NCBI GenBank assembly: GCA_951406725.2
Contig: OX597814.1
Coordinates: forward strand, 150,660,001-150,724,000
DNA from: Octopus vulgaris
Taxonomy: Eukaryota
Length of the DNA: 64,000 bases
Direction: 5' to 3'
Below, one piece after another: positions 1 through 14,439 of this stretch; position 1 is the stretch's first letter, and every line of letters starts with the position of its first letter. The translations under genes were made by a program, and so were the position numbers. The notes beneath the pieces are model-generated. The model had not been told where the DNA came from. It ran no database searches and saw nothing but the letters and a program-made list of their open reading frames with translations.

Positions 1-65
<65 letters not shown>
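1..65. repeat. (ATAG)n microsatellite
   Basis: Perfect ATAG tandem array at the window start. Confidence 0.98.
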
Positions 66-1031
66 GTCAGAGAAATTTTTAGTGATCATATATTTTTATC
101 TTCATTGTGAAAAGTGGTTAGATCATGAGTTTCACCTTCGGTGAGCGGGATAAAATCGATCGATCTGACTAGTTTGAATGGTTATTAACACTTTATCAGA
201 GATTGTTAACTGAATGAAATTAATCTTTTTGTCAGCCTAGATGACAACCATAATGTCTATCTTTCATTGTAGAAATAAAAATGTGTACTTACTAAAAAGC
301 ACACGTTCTAAAGTTTAGTTATCATCGTTATTTATCGTGAACATTCCACCTCCTGACCGAAGCAGTCCTTGAAATAGTTGTTGCCTGATTTCTGCCTCAT
401 CAAATCTATCCATAGCACATAATATATTTGACCATTTATCTCATTGAACTCTATTAAATTTCAAGCCAAATGTTCCAGCTTTTACGTTCAGCAGTCACAT
501 TACCTGGAGTAATGTGCTTCTCTCATGAACTATCTGACATAAATAAGTAGATGACCAAAAATCTATTAGTGCATGCGTGTGCGTGCGTGTGAGTGCGTGC
601 GTGCGCGCCTACATTTTTGCATATATGACAATACGCTGTCGTTTGGAGAAATGTAAAACTGGTTAATTGAGATTATCTCAGTAATTAGGAAACAGAAATT
701 CCCCCAAGCACTATCTAAATTAGAAAAACAAAAAGCAAAAAGAAATAAACCCACTATTTTGTGTTAATTCAAATTTTGCAAAATTAAGACAAATGCATAT
801 TGAAGTGCCATTTGTTTCTAAAGACAACTGTAATTACTTTCTCTGCAAAATTTCTTTTAGCTGATAATAGAGTTGTCTTCATCCTCTGCCATTTCTCTGT
901 TTTAAATATCTTTAGAAGAGTCTTTAATCTTCTAATTGCATGGGTAAATGCAATTGTATGTGTGTTTAGAATGAAGAATAGTCCATTGAGGTAGTTTCCC
1001 TCAACCATATTGCGTATAGATACATACATGC

Positions 1032-1188
1032 ATGTATGTATGTATGTATGTATGTATGTATGTATGTATGTATGTATGTATGTATGTATGTATGTATGTA
1101 TGTATGTATGTATGTATGTATGTATGAATATATGTATGTATGTATGTATGCATGTATGTACCTATGTATGTATGTATGTATGTATGTA
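1032..1188. repeat. (TATG)n microsatellite
   Basis: Near-perfect TATG array; source of the spurious MYVC/HTYI ORFs. Confidence 0.97.
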
Positions 1189-1329
1189 CAGTGCAACCTG
1201 TGGAAAAGTGTACCTTTCAGACGGGGAGTTGAAAAGGTATGTCACCCGTTCTTTCAATCAGCCAACACAGTTGTGCATTATGCAGTAGGCCTCATGTTGC
1301 ACCATCAGTGACTCGTTTCAATGATTCTT

Positions 1330-1690
1330 TCTAACAATGATTCCGGGTTCAATCCCACTGCGTTACAACTTGAGCAAGCACCTTCTACTATAGCCACTGG
1401 TCGACCAAAACCTTGTGAGTGATTTGGTAGACGGAAACTTAAAGAAACCCGCCGTATATGTGTATGTGTGTGTGTGTGTTTGTATCTGTGTTTGCCTCCC
1501 CATCACTGCTTGACAAGCGGTGTTGGTATTTTTACGTCCCCGTAACTTAGCGTTTCGGCAAAACATCCCAAAGAATAGGTACTAGGTTTAAAAAATAAGT
1601 CCTGGGATCGATTTGTTCGACTAACACCCTTCAAAGGGCTGCTCAACCATGGCAGCAGTCAAATGAGTGAAACAAGTAAAAGAATAAAAA
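1330..1690 (+). mobile_element. tRNA-derived CORE-like SINE, family A (diverged copy)
   Basis: B-box-like GGTTCAATCCC, then ...AACTTGAGCAAG...CTTCTACTATAGCC...GATTTGGTAGACGGAAACT...GAAACAAGTAAAAG; colinear with the intact copy at 42314-42734. Confidence 0.85.
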
Positions 1691-1763
1691 CATATAGTTT
1701 ACTTTTCCGTTAAGCTAAGATTGACAAAATAAATACTCGATACGGTATGGGAGGTGAATTTGG

Positions 1764-1984
1764 TTTATTGTACACAGTTTATAGTTATGATCTACGAATA
1801 GTTTCACACACTGGAGATGTTTCCCTAAAAAGGTTTTAATAACACACCTAGTGCCTGCAGGCAATCTTCTCGGCAATGAGCTTAGAGCCAGAAAGATTGC
1901 TTGGAGACATTAGGCAAGTTATTAAAACCTGCTAAACAACATCTCCACTGCATGAAACTATTAGTAACTCATAACTATATATGC

Positions 1985-1990
<6 letters not shown>
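1764..1990. repeat. Degenerate fold-back (inverted dimer) of a PLE 3' end with hammerhead-like motif
   Basis: ATAGTTATGA..AATAGTTTCA..TGGAGATG..GGTTTTAATAAC..GCAATCTT is mirrored by its reverse complement; right arm reads TGC-TTGGAGA...TCTCCA-CTGCA-T-GAAA-CTATTAG-TA-ACTC. Confidence 0.65.
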
Positions 1991-2034
<44 letters not shown>

Positions 2035-2163
2035 TTAGAGATAAAACCACTATTAGGCAAATCAAACAATGAAAAACATAAGCCAATACATAAAATTAAT
2101 TAATTTATATTATTTTAAATATATATCAAATGTATTAAAAGTTTAATAAAAGATAAAGAGTAA

Positions 2164-2237
2164 AACACTACGATCGTTTCATGGCTGTACAATTCGTAAT
2201 AATTCGAGTTATGGTTACAGTCAATCTTCAGGTTAAT
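2164..2237 (-). ncRNA. Hammerhead ribozyme-like motif with long stem II in a PLE 3'-end remnant (about 2031-2320)
   Basis: Minus strand: CTGAAGA-T-TGACTGTA...TACAGCCA-T-GAAA-CGATCG-TA; palindromic stem III (ACGATCGT); stem I weak. Confidence 0.65.
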
Positions 2238-2314
2238 TGAAATATCTAAAATATAATCAGAAATATTTAAACAATATTTTAAGATATAAATAATATAATA
2301 ATTTTACTTATAAT

Positions 2315-2410
<96 letters not shown>

Positions 2411-3161
2411 GACTGATTGACTGATAGGTAGGTAGATAAATAGATACATATAAACATACATGCATACATACATACATACATACACACACATAGATGCATA
2501 GATACATAGACAGTTATGTATGTACGCCTCATAGGTAGACACCATAATTTCTGAAAGGTTTAGTTTTCCCCTCTTTACATATTTGCTGATCGAATAAGAG
2601 GTTTGCTTCTAGCTTCTCTATCATAGTACTCAAGGTGATGTAAGTACCTCTCAGAAGTATTCAGACGTATTTGGTGCGGCTCTGCAACATCCGTTTTCCT
2701 ACAACGGTGCTTACTTTGAGCAATCATCTTGATACTGCCAAAGACTTTTGATCGAGGTTCTGTTGATTCCTTTCTTTTATTTTAAATTGTATAATCAGTT
2801 ATATGGCAAGAGGTATCCCAAGGTTTTGTGCAATGTTAGAAAGGCAAGCCCATCTTTAGATTGACACATAGTAAGCCCTCTGAAAATCAGACAATCTTTC
2901 TGCTTGTGGTGCTCGTGACATGGCTAGTTTCTATACTGCAATCTGGAATGAAAAATAATAATACATGGACAAGTTTCAAGCACCAGCTAATGTTTGCACA
3001 TATAAAACGGTCCTAAGATGGATTGGGCTATTTAGTTACTTTTGAGATAATTGTATGTGCATAATTGTATATATGTGCGTGTATGTATATATATTAACCT
3101 AAATGTTGCACATATATATAGATATATATATATGTATGTATGTATGTGTATATATATATGC

Positions 3162-3224
<63 letters not shown>

Positions 3225-5234
3225 TGTGTATATATGTATATTTATATATTTATATTTATATAAAGACATACATATACACTCATATATGAGTGTAGATATA
3301 GAAAATAGTTTTTAAATAAATAGGAGTAAATTTTGTAATCTTTCTTAGATATACATGAAACTCTCGTACACCTAGTATTTATTATTGTCCAGCCCGTGTA
3401 CACACACACATATGTATATGCATGTATTTATGTATATATCCTTTGAACAACTCATGCCATTGGTGCTTCACTTGCGCATATAACGTTGCAAATTCACTTT
3501 CATGTTTTCTGATTACCTTCTATTCATTTTCAGCCCAATGTTATGGTCGTTTGAATAACCACCGCGAATGTCATCCATTTAACTTTTATCTTCCTTTCTT
3601 TCGCTATACATGCATGTTATCATTTCTCTGGGGGAGTTTGTTTTTATTTTTTGCATGGATTCATACAACGCCTCTTTTTTAGTATCTCATCAATGAATAC
3701 ATTGATTTCTTTTTAACACGTGGTTGTTCTCTAATGAATATCGTATTCTTAAATCTTATTTTATTCTGTTGTGTTAACATTTAGTGAAGAAGATATAACC
3801 GAACATCCCAGTCTAGATTTTTTTTTGCTTTTTGCGAGATCAATATATCATTAGTGTGACTACGCAGTGTTTGAGGTTTATATTACGTTACTTTACGTTA
3901 CTCCTTGTTTGATATTCCATTTTATTCTCCTTTCACGTGAGTGAAAAATAAGTCGGACAATTTGTCACTCTGATCTGATCTCTGCAACAGTTACTGTTAT
4001 CACCCAGATGCATCCCTGACATGTAGACATATACAACAAACACCGTTGTTCTTTCCGTGACCGCTGAACTCTGCCTGTGTCAGTCTAAACCCTCTAGTAA
4101 AATTATGTTATTTTAACACTACCTTATGAAAATAGCTCATCACAATAAGATTTGGACATACACGTTTAAATTTGAACATACACATCATATAATTACATTG
4201 AAACCTACAGCATTTCAAGTCAGCCGACTAAACCACTTTTATGTCCATTTACCCTCTGTGATTAATTCCCCTATGATGTATGTGAAGCAGCTAATCCTGT
4301 GACCAAAATCCTCCTCTAAGATATTATCCTTCATATCTCAAAATCAAAGTATATAATAATTTATAAGTAATTTCGGTAATGCATGAGCACATACAAAGAA
4401 CATGGCCTACAGGAAAACAAATTAAGAAACACATCCGGATCCACAAACCATCATAACTCCATCATTCGAAAAGATTAAAAGACAGGCTTTCATGTACTTT
4501 GCGTATTACAAAGTATTCAACTTCAAAAGTTGCTAATGGTGCTTTTCGTTCCTTGCTAAAAGAATCCTTATAGAGACTGCGAAATCCTCCTCCTAAACAA
4601 ACATCAACCAATCACTGAAGATCTTTCTTGGCAATATTCATTACACACTGAAAGCTACATCAGAAATTGTAGTAACCCTCTTCAGAGTCAGAATATACTT
4701 CAGATTTGGCCATGTGTTGTATTTCTGTAAAGCTCAAATGAGGGGGGACAATAGGTTACTCATATCGTTATTTAGACGGTGCTGTTGCTATCCTCATAAA
4801 AATCCAGAATCGCAAAACGAACCTCATTTGAGACTTACACAATGCAGCAAAATAATACAAAGGCACCTGAGCTTGAGAATGACCAAATTACATGTCCAAT
4901 CTTACAAATAAACAAGACACACTGTCATCCCACTTCCTTGCTTCAAAGCCCATTATTAATTATTTCAAGTAATTCATTCTTCTAAAAGCGTGAAGGTGTC
5001 TGAAATAGAAGTTCAACACTCACAGCCACTCAAATTTACACATGTATGTATATGTACGTATGAATATATACATATTAATTACAGGATACCTGGAACGTTG
5101 GCACATGCTACTATTCAGGGTCAGAGTATAAGAGAGAACAATAGTGGCTAAAAGGTTCTACACCGCTCAAAACCCTGAAGCTCCCGAACTAGGGCTCCAC
5201 GACTGGATGCAGTTTAAACTCATACCAGAGAGAC

Positions 5235-5605
5235 TTTCGAAATCGCCTCTTGTCACCGTGATAGAGGAGCCCCAAAGAAGAGATAAAATGACTGCCTAAA
5301 GTAAAGGCCCTGAGAGGTGTCTGTCACATTTATCGCCACCAGTGGTCATACCTTGCCTCTCTGGTTGTGAAATCACTGTCCTCCGAAAACCAAACTCCTT
5401 TGAAGACACTCGCAAGACCATCCAAGCAGACAAAAGAAAAGGAAAGAAAAACAAAGACACCACAGCCAACTCTGATCAGACTACGTCCCATATAGTCTCT
5501 GTATTCGCGCCAGTTTGTTCCGAATCGGAATCCTCAGGCATTAGTATGATTGCAACAGACGTGGGCATCCGGCTCCGTAAACCTTCGCTCGCGAAGCCAA
5601 GCGAA
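5235..5605 (+). mobile_element. RTE-clade (BovB-like) LINE 3' relic
   Basis: Broken translation CHRDRGAPKKR*NDCLK...SFEDTRKTIQADKRKGKKN...RIGILRH*YDC, followed by a 3' tail CTTCGCTCGCGAAGCCAAGC typical of RTE ends. Confidence 0.75.
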
Positions 5606-5763
5606 CAAGATATATATGTACACACTTGGGCGCGCGCGCGCGTGTGTGAATGGGTGAAATATATTAACTTAAGGGCTATAGAGCTCTCAGATAATAAAGA
5701 ATATAAAATATTATAGACACACATGCATATGTGCATGCAGTTACATACGCACTCATATTTACG

Positions 5764-5794
<31 letters not shown>

Positions 5795-8722
5795 CTGTGT
5801 GTGTGTGTGTGTGTGCGTGTTTGTGTGTAGAAAAGAACGTATAAAATATAACAGAATTAAAAACATAAATTCAGTGAAAAGAAAATGATGTAGTTTTTAA
5901 AGTTATAGAATCTATTGCATTTACAACATTCTTAGGTCAATAAATTATCTAATATTCAATAAAACTATTTTATTTATCTATTTATTGCATCATAACTATT
6001 TGCTACATGATTAATCTCCATTCTTACAAAAATTCACAAAATGCGTGCCTAAACAGATAAAGTTGTTAATTATTTCAGGTAGGCTAAAGAGCAGAGAGAT
6101 GCGTTGGTAATATTAATGTATTTTTATGTCATCAAAATAATAGGTTTGATTCCCAGCTGGGGTAGAATCAATACTCGGTTATTATTTCTCGTGACGTTAA
6201 TTCTATATGCGTACGCATATAGAATTTAACAACATACACACCAATATATATATATATATATATATATTCGTAAATATATATGTATAAATAATCGAGCGGT
6301 TAGCTCCCCATGTCACGAAATCAATGAGCGAGTTCAATATACATACATGCACATACGTATGTGTGCGCGTGTGTGTATAAGTGTGTGTGTTTCTGTGTGT
6401 GTAACCTCTGTTAGCACTTTTGACACATTCTTAAAAACTAATAGTGCTCTGAAGAGTCTCATAACAGCAGAAGTAGAGACATGAGCTCAAACTTAAGGCA
6501 TATTTAACTGTGAAGGCAATAGAGATTGCTAAATAATCGAAACATTTACTGACTCAGTGTTACATCTACAAAACACTTGATAGCCATACGTTGTGATTAG
6601 TTTATTTGGCTAAAATTCAGGAAACAATTATGTTAATCAACTTTAATTAGGCATACGTATGCCAAAATTCTGTGAAAAAACAGCTATGGGAAACAGCACC
6701 TAAGTGCCCCTGCATGAAGTGAGGTCGCAGCGTGTGATTCTTATTCCTCTGGTCGCTTTTTGAAGAGTGACCAATATAATTTGTGTTTCTTTTTTTTTTC
6801 TAGACTTTTCTGATAAAACAGACTGCAGTAGTGAAATAGAAAGTCCAAAACTCCAAACTTTACCTGGTCTTAATGTAAAGCAGTATCGGTTTCAGTAAAT
6901 TGGTGCATAATTTTCCGTAATTTTGTTACTGAGAAAGTCAGTAACAAGAATATTTTCTGTTCTTCCTGTCTGTACACTATGGTATTGATATTTAATTTGG
7001 ATGCTAACCTCAACAGATCTCTCAATATAAGCATTTATCATGAAGTTGTCTTAACACTTCCGAATATTTAACACAGACGTTTTGCATTCTCCCTATTTTG
7101 GCCGACTCAGAGATGTTATTGATGAATACCGGTATAGTATCTATGCAGAACCTCACGATATGGATTCTTCGACTATATGTTCATTCACATATCCTTTACT
7201 TTATCCAAAGTCCCTTCAATATTATCTGTATATTTTTTGAATGACCCTAATTGATTGTTTATCATGGCTACTTTTTCTTTTCATATGTGTTTATATGCAA
7301 CGATAAAAGGAGATCTCGTTATTATAAATTACTCTCTAATCTATGGGATGGGAAAATGTGACGTTTAGTGCTAGATAAACTACCTAGACCAGAATATTGA
7401 GTTGAATAGTGTAGCGGGTTCGTGGTAGGTCCGAAGGAATGGATTAAAGATGCAGTTCTTCGTAAAATGCTCTTCACTGTATCTTTTCGCTTCTAGAAAA
7501 AATGTAGAAAGAGAAGAAAAATTATAGGCAAATACATTTTTGATACTCCCTTCATTCGGTCCTGGCAAATAATACACGAACATTGAATTCAGGTTGAAGT
7601 CTCCTGAAGCCATACCACATTGTATTACTGTTAAACGGTATTGCCTTGGCTTTGATTGCTGAAGTTTTATTTTCTTAAGAGATAAAGTGTGGATGACATT
7701 AATTCTAAGAAAAATCTGTTTAAATGGCGGTGCCCCAGCATGGCCACAGCTCATAGGCTGGAACTGGAATCAATCAATCAATCAATCATATGCATTACAT
7801 AAAAGTCGGAAAAGATTGTTGTTACGTTAGGTGATCCTCTTATCTTTAGAGCATAGGAAAATGATTCACCACACAAACACATACTGCGTAAGATTTCTGT
7901 CGCTTCAATCTCTCAAATTAACCTTTGTTAATTACCAGTGCTTTTGAATTATCTCCTCGTAAAATGTTCCATTGTAAAAAGCTACATTGTGTTTTGTCGA
8001 TCATTCTTGTATTGAGCCTATATATTCTATTTTTCGCAATAGTTTACTCGTTAATCAAAGCGTCTTTTTGCTGATAACAACCAGGTCGAGATAGCAGAAA
8101 CGTTTATTTTCTCTCTTATTTGATGATCATTTAAACGTTGATATGATCAAATTTAAAGATATATCCAAATACAATTACTTTTGCCAGTTGCAGTTGCAGA
8201 TCAAGAATGATTATTTTACTCGTCACATTACATGAACGTTCAACACTTACAGCTGTATGTTGTTTTCCACAGACGCTCAACGAAATGTGGATGATCACTC
8301 AGCGTATGCAAGAATATGTATGCGAGTGAATCATAGTTTCTCAAAAGTTAGCATACAGTTATTATAGTAATGGAATGCTATCCCGCTGAAAAATTTCTCA
8401 AAGAAACAAGGACACTCTGTCAGTAGCAACATGCAAAGTATTACTACACAGGCACATATAAGTAAATCAAAGAGCATCAAAGGTCCTTCTTGGGCCACAG
8501 ACCCGAATAACCGGTTTTCAGGATTATGTGGCGTATATATCACCCCTTTGTAAGGACGCCGGTCGGTCGCAGGATTTCTCGTTATTGGGAGTTGAGTGGA
8601 TCAAGACAACGCGAAAGAACGTGTTTTGGTCAAGAACACAACGGGTCACCTGGTACAAGAATTTTACAATCATGAGTGCAATACCCTAACACACACATAC
8701 ACACACAAACACACACACACAA

Positions 8723-8823
<101 letters not shown>

Positions 8824-9114
8824 GGTATGTATATTGCCTGATTTAGATAGAACTTTGTAACAAATCGGTAGAATAAATGTCAAATTATATTACAAAACCA
8901 CTTTCTTTTATTAAATTGTAATTATAATTGGAATTTATCATTTCCAACAATTCAATAAATAATAACTTATCAAATCGTTTAGCTTGTTTGTGATGATGAT
9001 CGTTGTACTTATGTAATGGTTCCCTTGCATTAAATTTGCATGTCCTTAGTGATATTACTCTACTAAGTTGTTGGATATTCATGGTGGTCGTACGAAACAA
9101 AAATGCATAATAAT

Positions 9115-9330
9115 AATCCTTTTCACTACAGGTAAAAAGCCTGAAATTTTGGCAAGCGGGGTCAACTCAATTCTATCGATCCTAGTACTTGACTGATAGT
9201 AATTTCATCGAACCCGAACAAATAAAAAGTAAAGTGGACCTCAATGGAATTTGAACTCAGAACATAAAGTCAGATGAAATACTGCTATGCATTTTATCTG
9301 GTGCGCTACCAATTCTTCCAGCCATCGTCT
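9115..9330 (-). mobile_element. SINE family B (diverged)
   Basis: Reverse complement of the family-B body (TTCTGAGTTCAAATTCC...CACTTTACTTTT...CGATGAAAT...CCAAAATTTCAGGC). Confidence 0.7.
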
Positions 9331-11792
9331 TAAGATTATGCGATAATAATACTTGTGTATTTATCTTCTGCGAAAGCGATCTTATTTCAATAAAAAAAGC
9401 TTGTTTCTATCTCACTCTAAATTAAAATTATGTACTCAAAATGTCAAGATATCTACCAATGCAGTATGCTTGCTACATAAAGAAAAAAAAACCAAACGAA
9501 CTGAAGTGAGCTTGAATGAAAGTTATTGACAGTAATCTATGAGAGGTTAACTTATTATCCTCTCAATGTTGTCGAAGTTCTCGTTAATGCAGTGCATGTC
9601 AGTTTACTGTGTAATATGCCTGATTAGGTTTTAAACAAGTTTCACTGGACCATTACATCATGTTCTGTAAATGATTTTTGAGCGTATCTTGCAGCAGTAA
9701 AATTCTGAATACTCTACGTGTTTGTCAATACAATCTGTGACATGTTGTATAAGTCACGGCCGTATAATGGCGTATCCAGCCTAAAGTTCATTTGCATTAA
9801 TAAATTTTGCTCACTTATGAAATATCAAGGTTCTTATGAAGAGTACGAATCGATCTTTCATATGTACAATTCAATAACAGCAATAAATTGTCACCAGTTA
9901 TTGTATTTTTGTCAGCAAAAACCTGAACGCAATAGCAATGGACGATGTAGTCAAAATTTATGATGCATGACTATGAATTTCTTCTTTGCACTAAAATAAT
10001 ATTAAATTCAATGCTCAAACACGGAAAACTTACTTCTGTACCATTTGAACCACATTCGTAAAAGCATTTAATGGCTGGTATTCTTTGTTATTCGTTACGT
10101 CGGAAAGACAAGTCCTATAATTCTGGGAAAAAAATCATTAATGATTATTCCTATTTCCTATCGAATGATTACTAGCTTTTATTAATATCGCTTTCTGGGA
10201 ATATTTATATATATATATATATTAAGTCCCGGTGTAGTATAAAGGTCAACCCGAGTTCTGAGCTATCAACGACCAATAGTGAAATTCTTCAAGTATAGAA
10301 AATACTGGTTTCACTACGGTAAAAAGGTGTGTAGGTGTGGAGAAGAGTAAATTATAATCCAAACAATAAGAAGACAAAGAAATCCCTTAACACATCTTTA
10401 ATGATTCGTTACAATTCTTTCTGTACCAACTCTGCTTGCAACGCCAATTTACACAATAATTCTATGTGAAAAGTTGCATAATGTTTGTGCTTTTAGATAT
10501 TAAGGCGGCACTACTCAGACTAGAATCAGAGGTGTGCCCTCATATTGTACGCCTTATGTGTGTGTGTGTCTGTGTGTCTGTCTGTGTGTGTGTGTGTGTG
10601 TGTCTGTCTGTCTGTCTGTGTGTTTGTGTGTGTGTGTCCAAAAGTTGATCTTGATCCCCAACTTAATGTGGAGGTTGTTATAACTCAGAATGCTGTGTTA
10701 TTCACCTTCTGGCGATATCTGATAAGGACTCGTGATACATAAAAGCATCCACCATCACATCAATGGCAGGAGAGAATTGTCTGCTACGGCCGTTGGTTTC
10801 ACTCTTTCTATGTGCGTATATGTACCACTTAGTAAGAATTCATGGTTACAGAAAATTTTGGCACAAGGCCAACAGTTCCAGCGGGAGAGGAAAAGAGTTG
10901 AACTGGTTCTTATTTTATCGGTTCCGAAAGGCTGAAAGGCGAATTGGAGCCCAGTACATAAACAGGTAGAAGAAAAGCCGCCGAACATTTTGTCCGCCGC
11001 TCCAACGTTTCTGCCACACTGCTGCCTAGAAAATGAAATATAATCATAGCTAAGATTAAAGGTTAGCGGACTATATGATCTTCTCATGCATAAGAAGTTA
11101 AGTATATATTAACATTTCATGTATCTCCTCGCTCGTAACAAGACCACGTTTTACGTTGTGTAAAATGAAAGTGGTGTAACGTTGAAATTGAGCCAAAGGA
11201 AATATATTAATATGATACAAAAACAAAACATCTCAGCAATAGGTCTAGATCCCAAAATTGGTTTTCTTCTCAACTGTTAATATTGACATAACTGTACAAA
11301 CGACAATACCTCATTGTAGTTTGTACAGCTCTCCTCGAGAAATCTATAACTGTTCAGTATTTGTGAATTGTAAATTAAGCAGTAAAATATTTTTGTTCTT
11401 TCTTTTTGTATTTCAATAAGATGGTTTATTTGCCTTATCTACATTTTGTTTGATATGTGACAACATTTTCATTTATACCATAGATCAAGGACGTGCAGCA
11501 TATGAACATATCTTGACAACACACACACTCACACAAACACACACACACACATACATACACCACTCATATAGATACATAGATAGGTATATTGACAGATAGA
11601 CAGATAAGCAAATACACAGTGACACAAGCAAAGGCACGTGGCTCAAAAGTGTAGAAATATAAAATGAAAGGAACAAATGAAGAAGTGTACAACGACGATA
11701 AATACGCCAACTCTAGTAACGAAGTAGAGTATCATTTCATGTTTCCCTTTATTTTTGTGTATGTGTGTAGTACATGTGTATGTATGTAAATG

Positions 11793-11845
<53 letters not shown>

Positions 11846-12001
11846 GTATAAGTATATAATTTATTGATTTATTTCTAAAGCCAGTGGAAGTACAACAATA
11901 AACGAAAATAATACCGCTTTAAAATTATTCTTACGAAATATATTTCGTTCTCTTTCTCTCACTCTCTCTCTATTTCTCTCTCTATCTCTATCTCACTCCT
12001 T

Positions 12002-12035
<34 letters not shown>

Positions 12036-12059
12036 ATATATATATATATATATATATAT

Positions 12060-12296
12060 TTGGTTTTTGTATTTGGTTTCAAAGATTCTTTATGTGAATT
12101 CGTGTGTTGAAGCATATTTTATTCTCTGGGAAAAGTCATTCTCTTTTAATGCCTTATTATTTAACACATTCACCGGTTCGATTTCCACATATTTTCTTAT
12201 TTATCTATTATTTATTTATTTATATTTTTTCGCAAAAATTGAACCGAGGAGTGTATTAAATAATAAAGCGCTAAAAGAGAATGACTCTCCTCAGAT

Positions 12297-12300
<4 letters not shown>
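12060..12300. repeat. (TA)n-flanked fold-back element (PLE-tail family related to 60321-60600)
   Basis: TCTGGGAAAAGTCATTCTCTTTTA..TTATTATTTAACAC..CGGTTCGATTT is mirrored at about 12235-12296; its terminus TTCAACACACGAATTCACATAAAGAATC is shared with 39245-39290 and 60550-60590. Confidence 0.75.
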
Positions 12301-12361
<61 letters not shown>

Positions 12362-12647
12362 ATCGGTGTAGCATAAACACCTGCAAACACATATAACACA
12401 TTTATGAACATTGTTATGAATTTTATCATGATATTGAACATCAATTGCATAATGAAACATAATAAAATCCAATCTACAATATAAAGGCTTTAAACAATGT
12501 CCATTCGTTTCCTATCTCCGCAAAAGAAAATCTCGTGCACGTGCATATACACATATATTCATGAATGAAACTCAAAATTTAATTAGACTTACAATGATAT
12601 ATAATGTATTCCGTTTATGCGTACACATTTTAATATTATATCGTGTT

Positions 12648-12853
12648 AAGGTGATGAGCTGGCAGAATCGTAATGACGCCGGCAAAATGCTTATCAACAT
12701 TTTGTCCGTCTTTATGTTCTGAGTTCAAATTTCGCGGGGGGCCGACTTTCTATTTTATTCTTTAAAGTAAGTACCAGTTGAGTACTGGGGCCGATGTAAT
12801 CGACTTAATCCCTTCCTGAAGTTGCTGGCTTTGTGCCAAAATTTGAAACCAAT
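12648..12853 (+). mobile_element. SINE family B
   Basis: AAGGTGATGAGCTGGCAGAATCG...TTCTGAGTTCAAAT...AAGTACCAGTTGAGTACTGGGG...GCCAAAATTTGAAACC. Confidence 0.85.
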
Positions 12854-13537
12854 CTTTGGTGGTGTGTACATAATAGTTTATTTTATGATCAAAGAGGACA
12901 ACAATAAATTCGCCGATATAATTGTCACACAAGAAATAAAGGAAAGAAATGGTTTGATACGCTGAAATATATTCCGAGTCTGGGTCAAAACACACACTGC
13001 ACACACATAGACACCCATACAGACAAAGTACTTACAAATATGTATACCTCTGAGCGCGTGCATATGTATGTGTGTGTGTGTAGATAATTTAATATACTAA
13101 AATATGCAAAACAGTGTACTCGTAAGGAATTCAATACAAAGGTAATGTCAAAATAATTTTCTAAATTATCAAAGAGTAATTGACAATTATTGCAGGAAGG
13201 TAATTAGATTAATTTAAGTCAAATTAATTTGATGGATAAGACTCATGTGATGTGGGAAGAGATAGACAGTGACTAGATATGTGTAAGATGAGAACTGAAA
13301 AAGTTTAAAGTTTGAAAATTGTAATTTCCGTTTGTAAAGCAGATTGAAGTAGCACCAAGTAAAGAGTAAGAAGAAAAGGCAATATAACACATGGAAGCCA
13401 GAAAACAGAGGCGTGAAGTCACCAAACACAGATGTTCACTACTATAAACAGACATTCCTGGATATAGAAGTACTGAATAATATCATCCACAATTACAATT
13501 AAAATACATGATCTTTAAGATTTCTCAACACCAGTCC

Positions 13538-13590
<53 letters not shown>

Positions 13591-14439
13591 GACAATTACA
13601 ATGGATACGGAGTTTGGTACATCTGCATATTTTTAAAATTTAGACAGGGGTGGTGCCCTAGCATAGCCGCGGCCTTCGGGCTAAAACATTTTAAGGATTT
13701 AAGGATTAAGTTAATTATACAGCGTAATTGGTTTAAACCTATTATATTATATAATTAACAGTAAAACAAAATTGCAGATATACCCTAATCTCCGTATTTA
13801 TTGTCATTATCTTGGATTTAAACTCCGGATATTATTCATTATCCAGTGAAGCGAACCCAGGATTTACCCATCAGATGTATTATAGTGGGATTATTCACTC
13901 TAAGTAATCCTAGGTGCTCATTGCAACACCATGCGGTTAGCCTGGACCAGGATTCCAACTGAGTGCTCGTACGGTATCCACCTGGATAATCCATCCCGAT
14001 ATACTCATTATATTATATAGATAGACAAATCGAAGGGGAGAGAGAAAGAAAGATAGAGAGAGAGAAAGAGAGAAGAGAGAGATGTATGTTTGTTTGAATG
14101 TAGATATATATATATATATATACATAGAGTACGTTAATCTTGTTATCTTGTTATTCTGTTAATTCAAATTTGGCCCTTACAGAAAAATTGGCTAATTTAT
14201 GGAATTGCTGGTGGTGGTGGGGGGGGGGGAGAAAGTAGCGAACTCTTTAAAATCAGCATAGAAATAAACAAATTATGTGGGTGGAATAAAGAATATAAAA
14301 AATTATGAACGTCATAAAAGAGCTAGAAAAATAATATATTCGTCAAGTTTTTTAAAAAGTGGAAAGAACAAGACTGAACATCGTGATAAAAATTTGCAAT
14401 GCTAAAGTCGAGACAAAGAAGGAATAAAATTAAATTACG

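Noticed and set aside
4430-4910. Possible LINE RT relic (..VANGAFRSLLKES..)
   Set aside because: Too decayed to assign confidently by eye; needs BLASTX.
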